Of a stretch of 45,454 bases of DNA, positions 20,435-30,114 are shown piece after piece. The stretch covers positions 1 through 45,454 of the IMG/VR virus record IMGVR_UViG_3300017761_001092. One strand, 5' to 3'. The notes under the pieces are model-generated. The model was not told the DNA's origin. It saw nothing but the letters and a program-made list of their open reading frames with translations, and did not search any database. How positions within the stretch are numbered: position 1 is the first letter of the stretch; every line of letters begins with the position of its first letter. The DNA is from a virus. Taxonomy: Duplodnaviria > Caudoviricetes. The position numbers and the translations under genes were made by a program.

Positions 20435-21381
20435 ACTTCTTACATGAACGAGATTTTGGTGATATTGTTTTAAGCTTGGCGGTAGTTAAGTCTGCTACTG
20501 ACAATGCGAATTACTACATTCAAAACAATCCGAAGGCGGTTAAGTTACTGGCTCCGCTTATTGAGTTTCAATCGTATATCAATAAATGCGACAGCTTTAA
20601 ATCTCAGGACATTGATAAGTCATTCGTTGACTTCAGAAAGCAGGGATTGCCGTGGGGAGTTCAGCTTGGCTTGCATCATGCAACATGGGTGAATCAACAT
20701 ACCGACTTCTCCAAGCAATGGTTGACCGCCCCTAAAGAATCTAAATACAACGGAACGATTATTGTTAACAAGACAGAGAGATACGCTAACCCATTGTTTC
20801 CGTGGATACAGCTTGTCAAGATACTTGGAGATAGAATGCTATTTGTTGGACATGACAATGAATACGATTTGTTTTGCCGTAGATTTGGTAAAGTTAAAAG
20901 GCTTGTAATTAAAGACTATTTACACCTAGCCACAGCAATCAATAGCTCTGATTGTTTTATTGGAAATCAAAGTTCAGCAAATTGTGTGGCGGAAGGATTG
21001 AAGCATCGCAGTGTTCAGGAGGTTTGCTTGTGGCAACCTGATTGTATTTATAAACGATACAATGCTACGCTTTGCTATGATGGAACAATAGATACAGAGA
21101 TAGCTGGAGTTAAGGTTCAAATAGAACGACCAAGGGGTAATGTAAACAAACAAGAGTCGCCTCCTGGCGGTTGGAATCTAACAATAAACGGAAAGCTGTT
21201 TAACAGCTATGCACTTGACGTTGTTGTCAACCATGCAAGGAATAATGGAATTACTGGCAGGAAGCTGGAAATTGAGGAAATGATAGTTGCTGAAACAATC
21301 TCTAATAAGAAGCTTGACCCAATCATGGATAGGTTTGCCAATGATATTAATCGCGTAAAGGAATTGCTTGAAAAGATATGA
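20431..21381 (+). CDS. GT-B glycosyltransferase, GT9/heptosyltransferase-like
   Basis: N-terminal DFGDIVLSLAVVK; 'LATAINSSDCFIGNQSSANCVAEGL' resembles the GT9 GNDSG..H.A motif. Confidence 0.7.
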   Translation: MNFLHERDFGDIVLSLAVVKSATDNANYYIQNNPKAVKLLAPLIEFQSYINKCDSFKSQDIDKSFVDFRKQGLPWGVQLGLHHATWVNQHTDFSKQWLTAPKESKYNGTIIVNKTERYANPLFPWIQLVKILGDRMLFVGHDNEYDLFCRRFGKVKRLVIKDYLHLATAINSSDCFIGNQSSANCVAEGLKHRSVQEVCLWQPDCIYKRYNATLCYDGTIDTEIAGVKVQIERPRGNVNKQESPPGGWNLTINGKLFNSYALDVVVNHARNNGITGRKLEIEEMIVAETISNKKLDPIMDRFANDINRVKELLEKI

Positions 21382-21977
21382 ACGAGACAAGCAAGGCAAT
21401 GAGACGCAGGATGATTGAAGATGAACTTGGGATCTTCAACTGGAGCCAAATTATAAGCGGCAAGGGAATTGATGTAGGATGTGGGCCGGACAAGGTGTGG
21501 GACGATAACTGCATGGCGTTTGATCAAGAGCAAGGTGACGCAAACAAGATATCTGAATACTTCTCAGATGAGTTTGATTACCTACACGCATCACAATGCT
21601 TGGAGCATATGCATGATCCATACGCTTCAATGGTTGAGTGGCTGAAGATCGTTCGTTCCGGTGGACACGCAATCATATCAATCCCTGACTGGACGTTGTA
21701 TGAAGGAAGAGTATGGCCGTCTCGATATAATCCAGATCACAAAAGCACATGGAGTTTTACCTTTGAGCAAAGTCCATCAAAGTATCATGTGAATATCTAT
21801 AAATTCTTAGAAATGCTTTCTCCGCACTGCTACGCTAAGAGGGTTATGCTGATAGACAACAACTACAACTACAGCGTTCCGACAAGCGTGGATCAGACGT
21901 TTGAAGAATCAAATGGAGTTGAGGCATTTATTGAAATGGTTTTATGCAAGCAGCAGGGATTGATCAATATCCTCTGA
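21378..21977 (+). CDS. class I SAM-dependent methyltransferase (small-molecule/glycan type)
   Basis: IDVGCG motif I; FDYLHASQCLEHM; 'VRSGGHAIISIPD'. Confidence 0.85.
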   Translation: MNETSKAMRRRMIEDELGIFNWSQIISGKGIDVGCGPDKVWDDNCMAFDQEQGDANKISEYFSDEFDYLHASQCLEHMHDPYASMVEWLKIVRSGGHAIISIPDWTLYEGRVWPSRYNPDHKSTWSFTFEQSPSKYHVNIYKFLEMLSPHCYAKRVMLIDNNYNYSVPTSVDQTFEESNGVEAFIEMVLCKQQGLINIL

Positions 21978-21996
21978 GACAAATAGTAGGTATTAA

Positions 21997-23790
21997 TCAA
22001 TAGATAGAACGGAACTTGCTAAACGCTTGCTTCCATCCAGAGCTTGCCGTCTTATTGTTCGTATTTAACGCTTTTGTTGCTTGAGTGCTGTCTAGGTTCA
22101 ATCTCTCCCTTGCGAGGGCTAGGAGGCCCATCCCAGCGTCAGCAATGTCGGGTGATATGCCGAACCTTGATTTCATTTCAGACTTGGGCAGAACTTTGAT
22201 ACGGAGAGCAAGGTTCTTCTCACCATTTGGGTCGAGCTTTCTCATGCACATCTCACGCAGTAAGTCATCACCGATTCCCTTGATCTGACCAGTCCGCATA
22301 TACTCTTTGGCTGAATACCAAATCTCCGAAACTGAGTTAACATACCTTTCGTGCGATGGGGTTGGATCGTAAGCTGACACTGGATTATCGGACGCTCTCC
22401 CGCCAAACTGAAGACCATATACGTCTTTTGACCATGCTACCGAGATAAAGTCTCCTAGCGGCCCGCCAGCTCCAGACTTATCGTATCCAGCATTCTTAGG
22501 CTGAACGCCCCTAGCCAAACACTCATTACGAAACCATTGTACTACCTGCTGAGATCTAGTCATGGATTTGTCAGTAACATCTTCACTGAACACAAGGTAT
22601 TCGTCGTATTGAAGTCCACGATAGCCATGCGGTTCAGCAAGTTTACCAACAGTGCCGAAGTAAAGCACAGTCCTATCACCTCCGTTAGTGAATGATGGAT
22701 CGAGGAACGCTACCTTAACCTTGTCGTTATCAAGCCATATCGCCTTGTCAGTAGCATTAGAGTTAAGTATCTCAACCTCAGAGTAAATTTGATCCGTGAT
22801 ACCAGCGGGACACCAGAATCCACGATACATTCGCCAGAATGAGGAAGTATTCTTAGCGTCCTCTGGGATCTTCTCAAAGTCTTGTGGACCTTCCATCCAT
22901 GAGTAAATTTTCTTTCGTGCAACCATGTTAGGATTCTTCAGCCCATCAAAGTGCAGGCACACTCCACGATCTGTCTTCCATTCTTCGTCATCTACGTCAA
23001 TTGAATCCCATCCATCCTTGGGTTTAGCAAACTTACCAAACGCATCTACATACGAAGCAGGGTTAGAGATTCCGATAAACTGGAATCGTTCACAACCCTT
23101 GGACAAGTTGAAAAATGCAACCTCAGTAATAGCCTCAGATAGCTCAGAAAGCTCGTCTGCTACAAAGATCACGTTCTTGTTGTGGATACCTTGCATCTTA
23201 CCAGTAGCGTCACGTTCCTTCTTCTTCTCGCCTGGGATAAGAACAATGCCGGAAAGGTCTGACCTCTTACCTCCAGCACCTACAAAGCTGATCTTATTCT
23301 CCGAATCAACAAGATGACCAGGAAGGGAAAGCTGTTCACACACTCCCCAATACCTTGTTATCTTACCCCAAATACGCTGCTTAGATGCTTTAATCGTGGT
23401 GGATGTCGCAAGTACCGTAGTGTTCTCTGGATCTGCAAGGTAGTTTATGATCGCCCAGATTGCATAAGCTTCTGATTTACCACAACCACCGGAGCCAGCG
23501 ATTGCAAGGTATTCATGGTCACAGGCAGCGCGGATCATTCGTTCAGCCCAAGGATGCCAGATGAAATTGACAGCAGCTTTGTTATCACGCTCAGGCCAGA
23601 ATGCCCTTGCTATCCTCTGGAAGTGAAAGAACGTATCAACATCCCCAGTGTCCTTGGGAATTCTTAGAGTTATCTTTTCTCGGAACATAGCCAACTCAAT
23701 AGCTATTTGGTGTGTATTCTTACGCCAGTTAAATCCGTATTGGTGAAGGTATCCTTCAAGCGGGTCGCCAAAAATAGGAGCAAAATTCAT
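21997..23790 (-). CDS. terL: terminase large subunit
   Basis: Walker A GSGGCGKS; Walker B FVADE; ISNP motif; nuclease FLDPS...GGDRTV; C-terminal SPDIADA. Confidence 0.9.
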   Translation of the reverse strand: MNFAPIFGDPLEGYLHQYGFNWRKNTHQIAIELAMFREKITLRIPKDTGDVDTFFHFQRIARAFWPERDNKAAVNFIWHPWAERMIRAACDHEYLAIAGSGGCGKSEAYAIWAIINYLADPENTTVLATSTTIKASKQRIWGKITRYWGVCEQLSLPGHLVDSENKISFVGAGGKRSDLSGIVLIPGEKKKERDATGKMQGIHNKNVIFVADELSELSEAITEVAFFNLSKGCERFQFIGISNPASYVDAFGKFAKPKDGWDSIDVDDEEWKTDRGVCLHFDGLKNPNMVARKKIYSWMEGPQDFEKIPEDAKNTSSFWRMYRGFWCPAGITDQIYSEVEILNSNATDKAIWLDNDKVKVAFLDPSFTNGGDRTVLYFGTVGKLAEPHGYRGLQYDEYLVFSEDVTDKSMTRSQQVVQWFRNECLARGVQPKNAGYDKSGAGGPLGDFISVAWSKDVYGLQFGGRASDNPVSAYDPTPSHERYVNSVSEIWYSAKEYMRTGQIKGIGDDLLREMCMRKLDPNGEKNLALRIKVLPKSEMKSRFGISPDIADAGMGLLALARERLNLDSTQATKALNTNNKTASSGWKQAFSKFRSIY

Positions 23791-23797
23791 TGAAAAA

Positions 23798-23860
23798 ATA
23801 TTACAATAAATAAAAATTATCGCAATTAGTTATTGCAATAAAATACAAGTCTGCTAATTT
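23798..23860. promoter_or_regulatory. divergent promoter pair between terL and the head operon
   Basis: Plus strand TTGCAA-N16-TAATTT (23833-23860); minus strand TTGCGA-N16-TAATAT ending 7 nt before the terL ATG. Confidence 0.45.
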
Positions 23861-23861
23861 T

Positions 23862-24227
23862 ATGTCCGCAATGACACTATTACAGGAACTTGGGTTGAGA
23901 AAAACAAAATCTGAAATTTTTATTGACGAGAAGCGTAAAGATGTAGATTTTGAAATTATTGTTAAACCAGAAGATTATGTTAACGGAATTAAACATGACC
24001 CTACAAAGTCTCCACTTGCTCTTGCAGTATCACGGGCGATTGGAGGAAGCGGATTCGTGCTTGATAGGGCAGGTTTTAAAGTTATCATTATTTCTCGCGG
24101 CATTTATGAGTATGGTTTCTTTATGCCTCGGCGGGTGTGGAGGAAGGTGAACTGCCAAGAATTCGTTGATGACAGATCTCCATCGTCTCCGATAAAGTTC
24201 ATGGCAACATTTTCAATGTTATTTTAA
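23862..24227 (+). CDS. hypothetical protein (start may be ATG 23871)
   Basis: 121-aa ORF leading the head operon. Confidence 0.6.
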   Translation: MSAMTLLQELGLRKTKSEIFIDEKRKDVDFEIIVKPEDYVNGIKHDPTKSPLALAVSRAIGGSGFVLDRAGFKVIIISRGIYEYGFFMPRRVWRKVNCQEFVDDRSPSSPIKFMATFSMLF

Positions 24228-24228
24228 T

Positions 24229-25170
24229 ATGAAGCTAACAATACCAGTATCTAGGCATGATCGTCATTTGATCCCTAACCTTGTTAAATCACTTGAATCA
24301 TTTAAGCCTGGGTCAGACCATGAGCTGATTATATTTGGATCGCGTGAAGTTGAGCAAGATGTGCTTGAGCTTAACAAGAAGATTAAGCATTTGTTTGACG
24401 CATCCGAGACTCTCATCATTGATGACACGATGTTAGGCTGGCCTATGTCGTGTAACTTCTACTTCCAGCAACTATGCCGTCATCTTGCCGGAAAAAAAGA
24501 CATGGATGCTTTCATGTGGTTTGAGCTTGATACAACCATTTTAAAGAACAACTGGCTTGACATCATATCTGCTGAATACTATGCGGATACAACAAGGGCA
24601 GCTAAAGAGAAGCGCAATCCTCGCATTTACCTTGGCGCAAGGGAACGTGTGTACGAAGGAAAGAACGGAGAGCTTCTGCCAGAATCACTTGCTGGTCAAC
24701 GCATGGCTCCGATTGGAGTGTATTCCAAGAAGATATGTACTTCTCATGTATTGAATTCCCTTTCCATGTCCAACAGGCATTGGACTCATGTAATACAATG
24801 GTACGTTGTTAAGGAGTTAAATAACTCAAATTTGATCCAAAACAATTGGCGCACAAAAAACTATCGCCATGAAGGTGAAAACATTGTATGTGATTCGGAT
24901 GCCAATTTAGCTTGGGATGTTCATTGGAATAAACCAGTGGATGAAAGTGCTGTTCTTGTGCATGGTTGCAAAGACAGCTCTTTATTCAAGTTATTGTTGG
25001 ACAATAGTAATGATGATATGAAAATGATAAAAAACCTTTCAGTTGAAGACGCTGAAGACATTATGGAAGATATCGAAGATGCGACATACTCTGACTCAGA
25101 GTCGCAATCTAAATCATATAAACAACGCAATAAGTCTTCAAAGAAAAAACAAAAGGAAACTGAAGAATGA
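24229..25170 (+). CDS. putative GT-A fold glycosyltransferase
   Basis: N-terminal 'LTIPV' strand; DXD-like FMWFELDT...WLD; C-terminal AVLVHGCKD. Confidence 0.5.
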   Translation: MKLTIPVSRHDRHLIPNLVKSLESFKPGSDHELIIFGSREVEQDVLELNKKIKHLFDASETLIIDDTMLGWPMSCNFYFQQLCRHLAGKKDMDAFMWFELDTTILKNNWLDIISAEYYADTTRAAKEKRNPRIYLGARERVYEGKNGELLPESLAGQRMAPIGVYSKKICTSHVLNSLSMSNRHWTHVIQWYVVKELNNSNLIQNNWRTKNYRHEGENIVCDSDANLAWDVHWNKPVDESAVLVHGCKDSSLFKLLLDNSNDDMKMIKNLSVEDAEDIMEDIEDATYSDSESQSKSYKQRNKSSKKKQKETEE

Positions 25171-27470
25171 GCGATGTATTAGAAACACTTTCCAAAAGCG
25201 GAACCCCTCCTGTTTCGCGTATTAAAGATGCTAAGTCAGCCTATGAGATTTGGGAGACACTACGACGAGCGGATGCCGTTTCGTCTTTTGATCGCAGTAA
25301 GATTGATGCTGCTTATGACAATGAACGACCATACGACGAAAGAGCTTTGATCAATGCTGGGCAAGCATATCGGGTAAACGTATCTTGGGGATTTGCAAAG
25401 CAAGTCCTTGATACCGCAATGGCCGGATACACGGATATTATCAATGCTCCGCAAACATTCTTCTCATGCCCTACACTTTACGGATTACAGACAGAGCAAG
25501 ATGAACTTTCTCAGGTTGTAGCACAAGAGGTTACTGCCGCCATCCGGTCTTGGAGGAACTTCTTTCCAACATACCTCAAGCTTTGCAATAGCTTTATCAA
25601 GCATGGTGTTGGCGTTGTCATGTTCAACGATGAATGGGATTGGCGCTGGAAGTCTACGGATATGTCCGACTTCAAGATTCCTCGTAAAACTGAGATCGGT
25701 CAAGAAAACATCGACGTTGCCGCCTGCTTGCGTTTCTACAGCCCCACACAGCTCTATCAGTTGATTAACGATGAGGAGACAGCTAAGATTCATGGATTCA
25801 ATATTGAGGCTTGTCGTAGGGCTATCATCCAGTCTGTAAATAATAACAACAATTATTATAACTTCCGGCAATACGACTGGGAAAAGTTAGAGACAGAATT
25901 AAGGAACAATGATTTGTTCTTCACTACTCAGGCAGCTAGTCAGCAATCAATTCGCGTTGTTCACTTGTGGGTAACTGAGTTCGATAATCGTGTATCTCAC
26001 TACATGATCAATGACGACAACTCTGTTCAAGACTTCTTGTTCAAGAAAGTTGGTAGATTTGAGAATAGCTATCAAGCTTATACCGTGTTCACCTATGGTG
26101 TTGGAACCAATGGATACTATCATGGAGTTCGAGGGCAGGGATACGATGTGTTTGCAATCAATGGCGCATTGAATCGCGCATACTGCTCACTGCTAGAGAT
26201 CGCATCATTTGGTTCTGCACCTACGTTCCAACCGAAAGATGAGACTGCTTTGCAGGAAATGCAGTTCATTCCGAATGGAGTTTATAATTTGCTTTCGCCA
26301 GGCATTGACGTGATTAAGGACACGATAGTTCCTAATGTATCAAGTGGTACTTTGCCAATCGTTAATGCATTCACCCAGCTATTCCGTGAGCGTACATCAA
26401 GCTATAATACCGAGTCTCTGGTTAATACATCCATTGAGAAATCAGCAACACAAGTACGTGCTGAACTTAGCAATATTGCTAAAATGAGCGTGTCAAGTTT
26501 GAATCTATTCTTTGATCCGTGGGAATCACTCATGCGTGAGATGGTTCGCAGGATGAAGCGTAAAGACTATGATGCGCGTGAGCCTGGTGGTAAGTATGTC
26601 GTAGAGCTTCACAAGCGTCTATTGCGTAGAGGTTCAGAATCATTTGGAGCAAAGGATAGGTATCTCGAAGCATTCCTAAACCTTGACGTTGATAGGCTCC
26701 GTATTACAAAACCAGTCGGAGCTGGATCTGAAGCTGCTCGCATGGTTTCATTTGATCGTCTTATGGGCATCTTTGGTAGCTTGCCGGACTTTGGTAAGCA
26801 GAACCTTATTTGGGATATTGCATCCGAGACTGCTGGATATGAGAATGCAGCGCGTTACGCCATACAACCTAACGAGTCTGACAAGCCAACAGTTGACGCA
26901 TCTATCGCTCAGATCGAGAACAATCAGCTTATTGCTGGCAGCAACATTCAGGTTATTGATGGTCAGAACAACCTCGTTCACGCAAAGGTTCATGTTGAGG
27001 CGCTTAATCCGCTGGTATCACAGGCTCAAGAATTGCTTGAACTTGATCCAATGCAGTTGGCTCCTATGCTTGGTGGAATCAATGCGCTTAATGCACACGT
27101 TGCACAGCACGTTGAGCTTCTATCTCAAGATCCTGCAATGCGTAGTGAGTCGGCAATGTTCCGCCAAGTTCTCCAGAATGCAGACGAGATTCTCCACAAT
27201 GGAACGCTAAAGGTTCAGAAGTTAATGGGAGAGCAAGACCGTCAAACGATGATGCAAGGGCAAGATCAACAAGAGCAGCAACCGCAAATCGATCCGGCTG
27301 CTTTGGCCAAGATTGATTCAGAGCGAGCAGTCCGTCAGGCAAAGCTTGAAATGGATATGCAGACTCACCAACAAAAAATGATTATGAGGCAGCAAGAAGC
27401 TTCTCAAAAACTAGCATTACGTGACGCAGAGGTTGCAAGCAAAATTCAAACACAAGGTATAAGGGCATGA
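25167..27470 (+). CDS. portal protein
   Basis: 767 aa; 'FIKHGVGVV' and 'KSATQVRAE' portal-like motifs; Q-rich coiled C-terminus; lies between terL and scaffold/capsid. Confidence 0.8.
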   Translation: MSDVLETLSKSGTPPVSRIKDAKSAYEIWETLRRADAVSSFDRSKIDAAYDNERPYDERALINAGQAYRVNVSWGFAKQVLDTAMAGYTDIINAPQTFFSCPTLYGLQTEQDELSQVVAQEVTAAIRSWRNFFPTYLKLCNSFIKHGVGVVMFNDEWDWRWKSTDMSDFKIPRKTEIGQENIDVAACLRFYSPTQLYQLINDEETAKIHGFNIEACRRAIIQSVNNNNNYYNFRQYDWEKLETELRNNDLFFTTQAASQQSIRVVHLWVTEFDNRVSHYMINDDNSVQDFLFKKVGRFENSYQAYTVFTYGVGTNGYYHGVRGQGYDVFAINGALNRAYCSLLEIASFGSAPTFQPKDETALQEMQFIPNGVYNLLSPGIDVIKDTIVPNVSSGTLPIVNAFTQLFRERTSSYNTESLVNTSIEKSATQVRAELSNIAKMSVSSLNLFFDPWESLMREMVRRMKRKDYDAREPGGKYVVELHKRLLRRGSESFGAKDRYLEAFLNLDVDRLRITKPVGAGSEAARMVSFDRLMGIFGSLPDFGKQNLIWDIASETAGYENAARYAIQPNESDKPTVDASIAQIENNQLIAGSNIQVIDGQNNLVHAKVHVEALNPLVSQAQELLELDPMQLAPMLGGINALNAHVAQHVELLSQDPAMRSESAMFRQVLQNADEILHNGTLKVQKLMGEQDRQTMMQGQDQQEQQPQIDPAALAKIDSERAVRQAKLEMDMQTHQQKMIMRQQEASQKLALRDAEVASKIQTQGIRA

Positions 27471-27805
27471 CACAACGACAACTATTTCAACTAAACTCTG
27501 ATAAGGTATCAAAGCTAGAATCAATCTTAGAGACACCAGTATTAAAAGAAGCAATTGCTATCGTAAGGCAGGAATGCTCTCCTAAAGCCCCTACTGACAT
27601 TGATGCAGCAAAGACAATTGGGGCTGAAGATTTCCTAAATAAGCTTGTTCTTCTTACTAAAGTTAATCAAAAGAAATTGAATGATTTGGACAAAGAGTAT
27701 ATAGTCCAAGCTCGCAGAAAACTTTTGTCCACCGGATTATATACGGAGGATGAAATATTGGAGGCAGAACGCCTATCAATGGAAACAAACAATCAACCGG
27801 AGTAA
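27467..27805 (+). CDS. hypothetical protein (head module)
   Basis: 112-aa ORF, ATGA-coupled to the portal gene. Confidence 0.6.
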   Translation: MTQRQLFQLNSDKVSKLESILETPVLKEAIAIVRQECSPKAPTDIDAAKTIGAEDFLNKLVLLTKVNQKKLNDLDKEYIVQARRKLLSTGLYTEDEILEAERLSMETNNQPE

Positions 27806-27809
27806 TATT

Positions 27810-27941
27810 ATGATGAAAGAAAAAGAAATGTCAGCTAAACCAATGGCAACAAAAACAACGTCAACCATGGGTAAAAAAACGAGCGTTACAACCAAGAGTA
27901 AATCTTGGGGCGACCGTCATCGCGCAGGTATCAAAAAATAA
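27810..27941 (+). CDS. small basic hypothetical protein
   Basis: ATG at 27810 just after the upstream stop; 43 aa, rich in K/T/M. Confidence 0.4.
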   Translation: MMKEKEMSAKPMATKTTSTMGKKTSVTTKSKSWGDRHRAGIKK

Positions 27942-27946
27942 AACAT

Positions 27947-29107
27947 ATGTCCGAACAAGCACAAGAAGCACCAGCAACAACAGATTCAGCGATCTCCAAT
28001 CTTAGGAGTGCGCTAACGTCAATTGCAAACAATGACCTCTCAATCCAACCGCCGAAAGAAAGCAAGCCTATTGAGCCTACTCAAGCTGCACCAGCAGCGG
28101 AAACAAATCAAGAGCCGCAAGCCCAATCTCAAGGAGGAGGAGAGGAACCTAAAGTTGAAGTTGTTAGTAAAGATGTTCAGTCCGAAGTAGAGCCATCTGA
28201 CGACAAAGGGAAGATCCGTTGGAAAGAATTGAAGCAAGCCGAGTCTGACCTCAAAAGCGCACAGCGCGAACTCGCTGAACTAAAAGCTAAAGGAGAAGAG
28301 TATCAGCAAGCTTCTAAGGAAGTATCTGATCTTAAGGAACAACTTGAGGCTATTCAGCAGGAGCGCGAAGCACTTGATGGAGAGCTTTATTTGACTCGCG
28401 TTCAGTCAACACGGGAGTGGAAGCAGTACATTACTGAGCCACTGAGCCAAATCATCCAAGACGCTGAGTTCTTTTCTAAAAGGAATCAGACTGATACGAA
28501 TGATTTGATCGATGCACTTCAGGCTGACAGCAATGGAGATCCCGCTAAACTAGAATCTGTAATCGCGGACTGGTCTGAGCGTGATAAGACAAAGGTGTGG
28601 GCATTAGCCGATAATCTTTTGCAGATTGAAAAGCGCAAGTCTGAGCTTGAGTCTAACTCTAAAGCTGCATATGACGCATCAATGGAGCGCAATAGTAAAG
28701 AACAAGAAGATCAGTACAAGCAATATATCGCTCAACGTGAAACCGCTGTGAGCGAAGTTCTGCCAAAGATCAGCGAGAAAGTATTCAACCTATTGCCGGA
28801 AGATAAGCGTCCAGACATTAACAAGCTTCAGCAAGAAGTTATGAATTACGACGAGTGGCCTGAGAACCTAAAGGTTTACGGCATCCTTGGAGCAACCGTT
28901 CTTCCAGACTTGGTTGATCAAATCTCTTCATTGCAGAAAGAGTTGAGTGAAGCCAAGGACAACAACGTCAAGCTTCGTGGTGGCGCTCCTGCCGCCGCTG
29001 GTGGAAATTCACCAAGAACTCCAGTGGAGACAGCTAAGTCAGTTGACTATACTAAAGTAGATACAGATGACTTTGTTAAGGGCCTTGTAAGCAGGATTTC
29101 TGGATAG
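27947..29107 (+). CDS. putative capsid scaffolding protein
   Basis: ATG 27947; acidic, disordered N-terminus, long coiled coil and short C-terminal helix; between portal and capsid. Confidence 0.7.
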   Translation: MSEQAQEAPATTDSAISNLRSALTSIANNDLSIQPPKESKPIEPTQAAPAAETNQEPQAQSQGGGEEPKVEVVSKDVQSEVEPSDDKGKIRWKELKQAESDLKSAQRELAELKAKGEEYQQASKEVSDLKEQLEAIQQEREALDGELYLTRVQSTREWKQYITEPLSQIIQDAEFFSKRNQTDTNDLIDALQADSNGDPAKLESVIADWSERDKTKVWALADNLLQIEKRKSELESNSKAAYDASMERNSKEQEDQYKQYIAQRETAVSEVLPKISEKVFNLLPEDKRPDINKLQQEVMNYDEWPENLKVYGILGATVLPDLVDQISSLQKELSEAKDNNVKLRGGAPAAAGGNSPRTPVETAKSVDYTKVDTDDFVKGLVSRISG

Positions 29108-29132
29108 CGTTGCATTTGTGTGTAGAGTGAAT

Positions 29133-29164
29133 AGGGCGGGATTAAAAACCCCGTCCTTTTTTTT
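29133..29164 (+). terminator. Rho-independent terminator
   Basis: AGGGCGGG/CCCGTCCT stem followed by a T run. Confidence 0.8.
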
Positions 29165-29200
29165 ATTGCTTTTATTTGTATTTATTTTAATAAAAACATT

Positions 29201-30061
29201 ATGAAAGAAGAATTAAAAAAATCCCTTAAAGAACTTTATAAAAAGAATCCATTTGCTGAAAAATTATCAGACAAGGACGCATATTATCGCGCCGTAAACA
29301 AAGAGGCTTTTGAAGATTACCTAAAAAACAAGGTTGTTAGGGGTAATCCGAAGGGTAGTGAAAAGGGAGCATTTATGCTTGGCGGCAAATTAATGAAAAG
29401 GGGAACCCCATTTCCCGCCTTTCAAAAGGGAAAAATTCTTGAGCAATATTTACCAAAATCTGGCGAGGGATATATTTTTGAATCAAAAAGACCAATGGTA
29501 GCAAGGGGCGAAATAAACCCAGTTAGGGGTGGAACGCAACTAGGCGGGGGTCACTTTGCACATAGACCATACGACCCATTTACTGGAAGCACGGTTAAAG
29601 AATTAAATGCGGCAGAGGTTCGTGCGTTTGAAGGTAAGCCTAATCCAATTATGGGATATAGAGAAGTCGGCAAGGGTTATCCTGTTGTTCAAGCAGCCAA
29701 ACAATCTCTGGCAAGAACAGCAAGAGGTGTTGCAAAAGGCGTTGGCTCCGCTGCATTGGCTGGAGCCGCATCCGCTGCCGTAGAGCCTATCGCTGAAGCG
29801 GCAATGCAAAAATATGAAGAGACAATGGGATATGAAACTCCAGACCCTAAATCTACAGCCGGAAGATTACGCGCATTAACTATAGGGGGTGGGCCGCTTG
29901 CTGCTCCGTATGAGGTTGGAAAAGCCGCGACTGAAATTGTTACTGATATTATTCCGTCAGCGGCACAGCTTGCTTATGAGAGATTTATTGAATCTCCAGC
30001 AAGAGAGAAAAGAATAAAAGAACGTATGCAGCAAAAAAAATCAGATAAAAAGAAATCTTAA
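29201..30061 (+). CDS. hypothetical protein, possibly with an ADP-ribosyltransferase-like N-terminal domain
   Basis: 286 aa; YYR...GYIFE pattern; Ala-rich C-terminal half; starts just after a terminator. Confidence 0.5.
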   Translation: MKEELKKSLKELYKKNPFAEKLSDKDAYYRAVNKEAFEDYLKNKVVRGNPKGSEKGAFMLGGKLMKRGTPFPAFQKGKILEQYLPKSGEGYIFESKRPMVARGEINPVRGGTQLGGGHFAHRPYDPFTGSTVKELNAAEVRAFEGKPNPIMGYREVGKGYPVVQAAKQSLARTARGVAKGVGSAALAGAASAAVEPIAEAAMQKYEETMGYETPDPKSTAGRLRALTIGGGPLAAPYEVGKAATEIVTDIIPSAAQLAYERFIESPAREKRIKERMQQKKSDKKKS

Positions 30062-30080
30062 TTATTGTTAAAAATAATTC

Positions 30081-30109
30081 TTGCATACTTAAACAATGTA
30101 ACGTATTTG
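30081..30109 (+). promoter_or_regulatory. putative capsid promoter TTGCAT-N17-TATTTG
   Basis: Hexamers 17 nt apart, about 195 nt upstream of the capsid ATG. Confidence 0.4.
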
Positions 30110-30114
30110 TCGAA

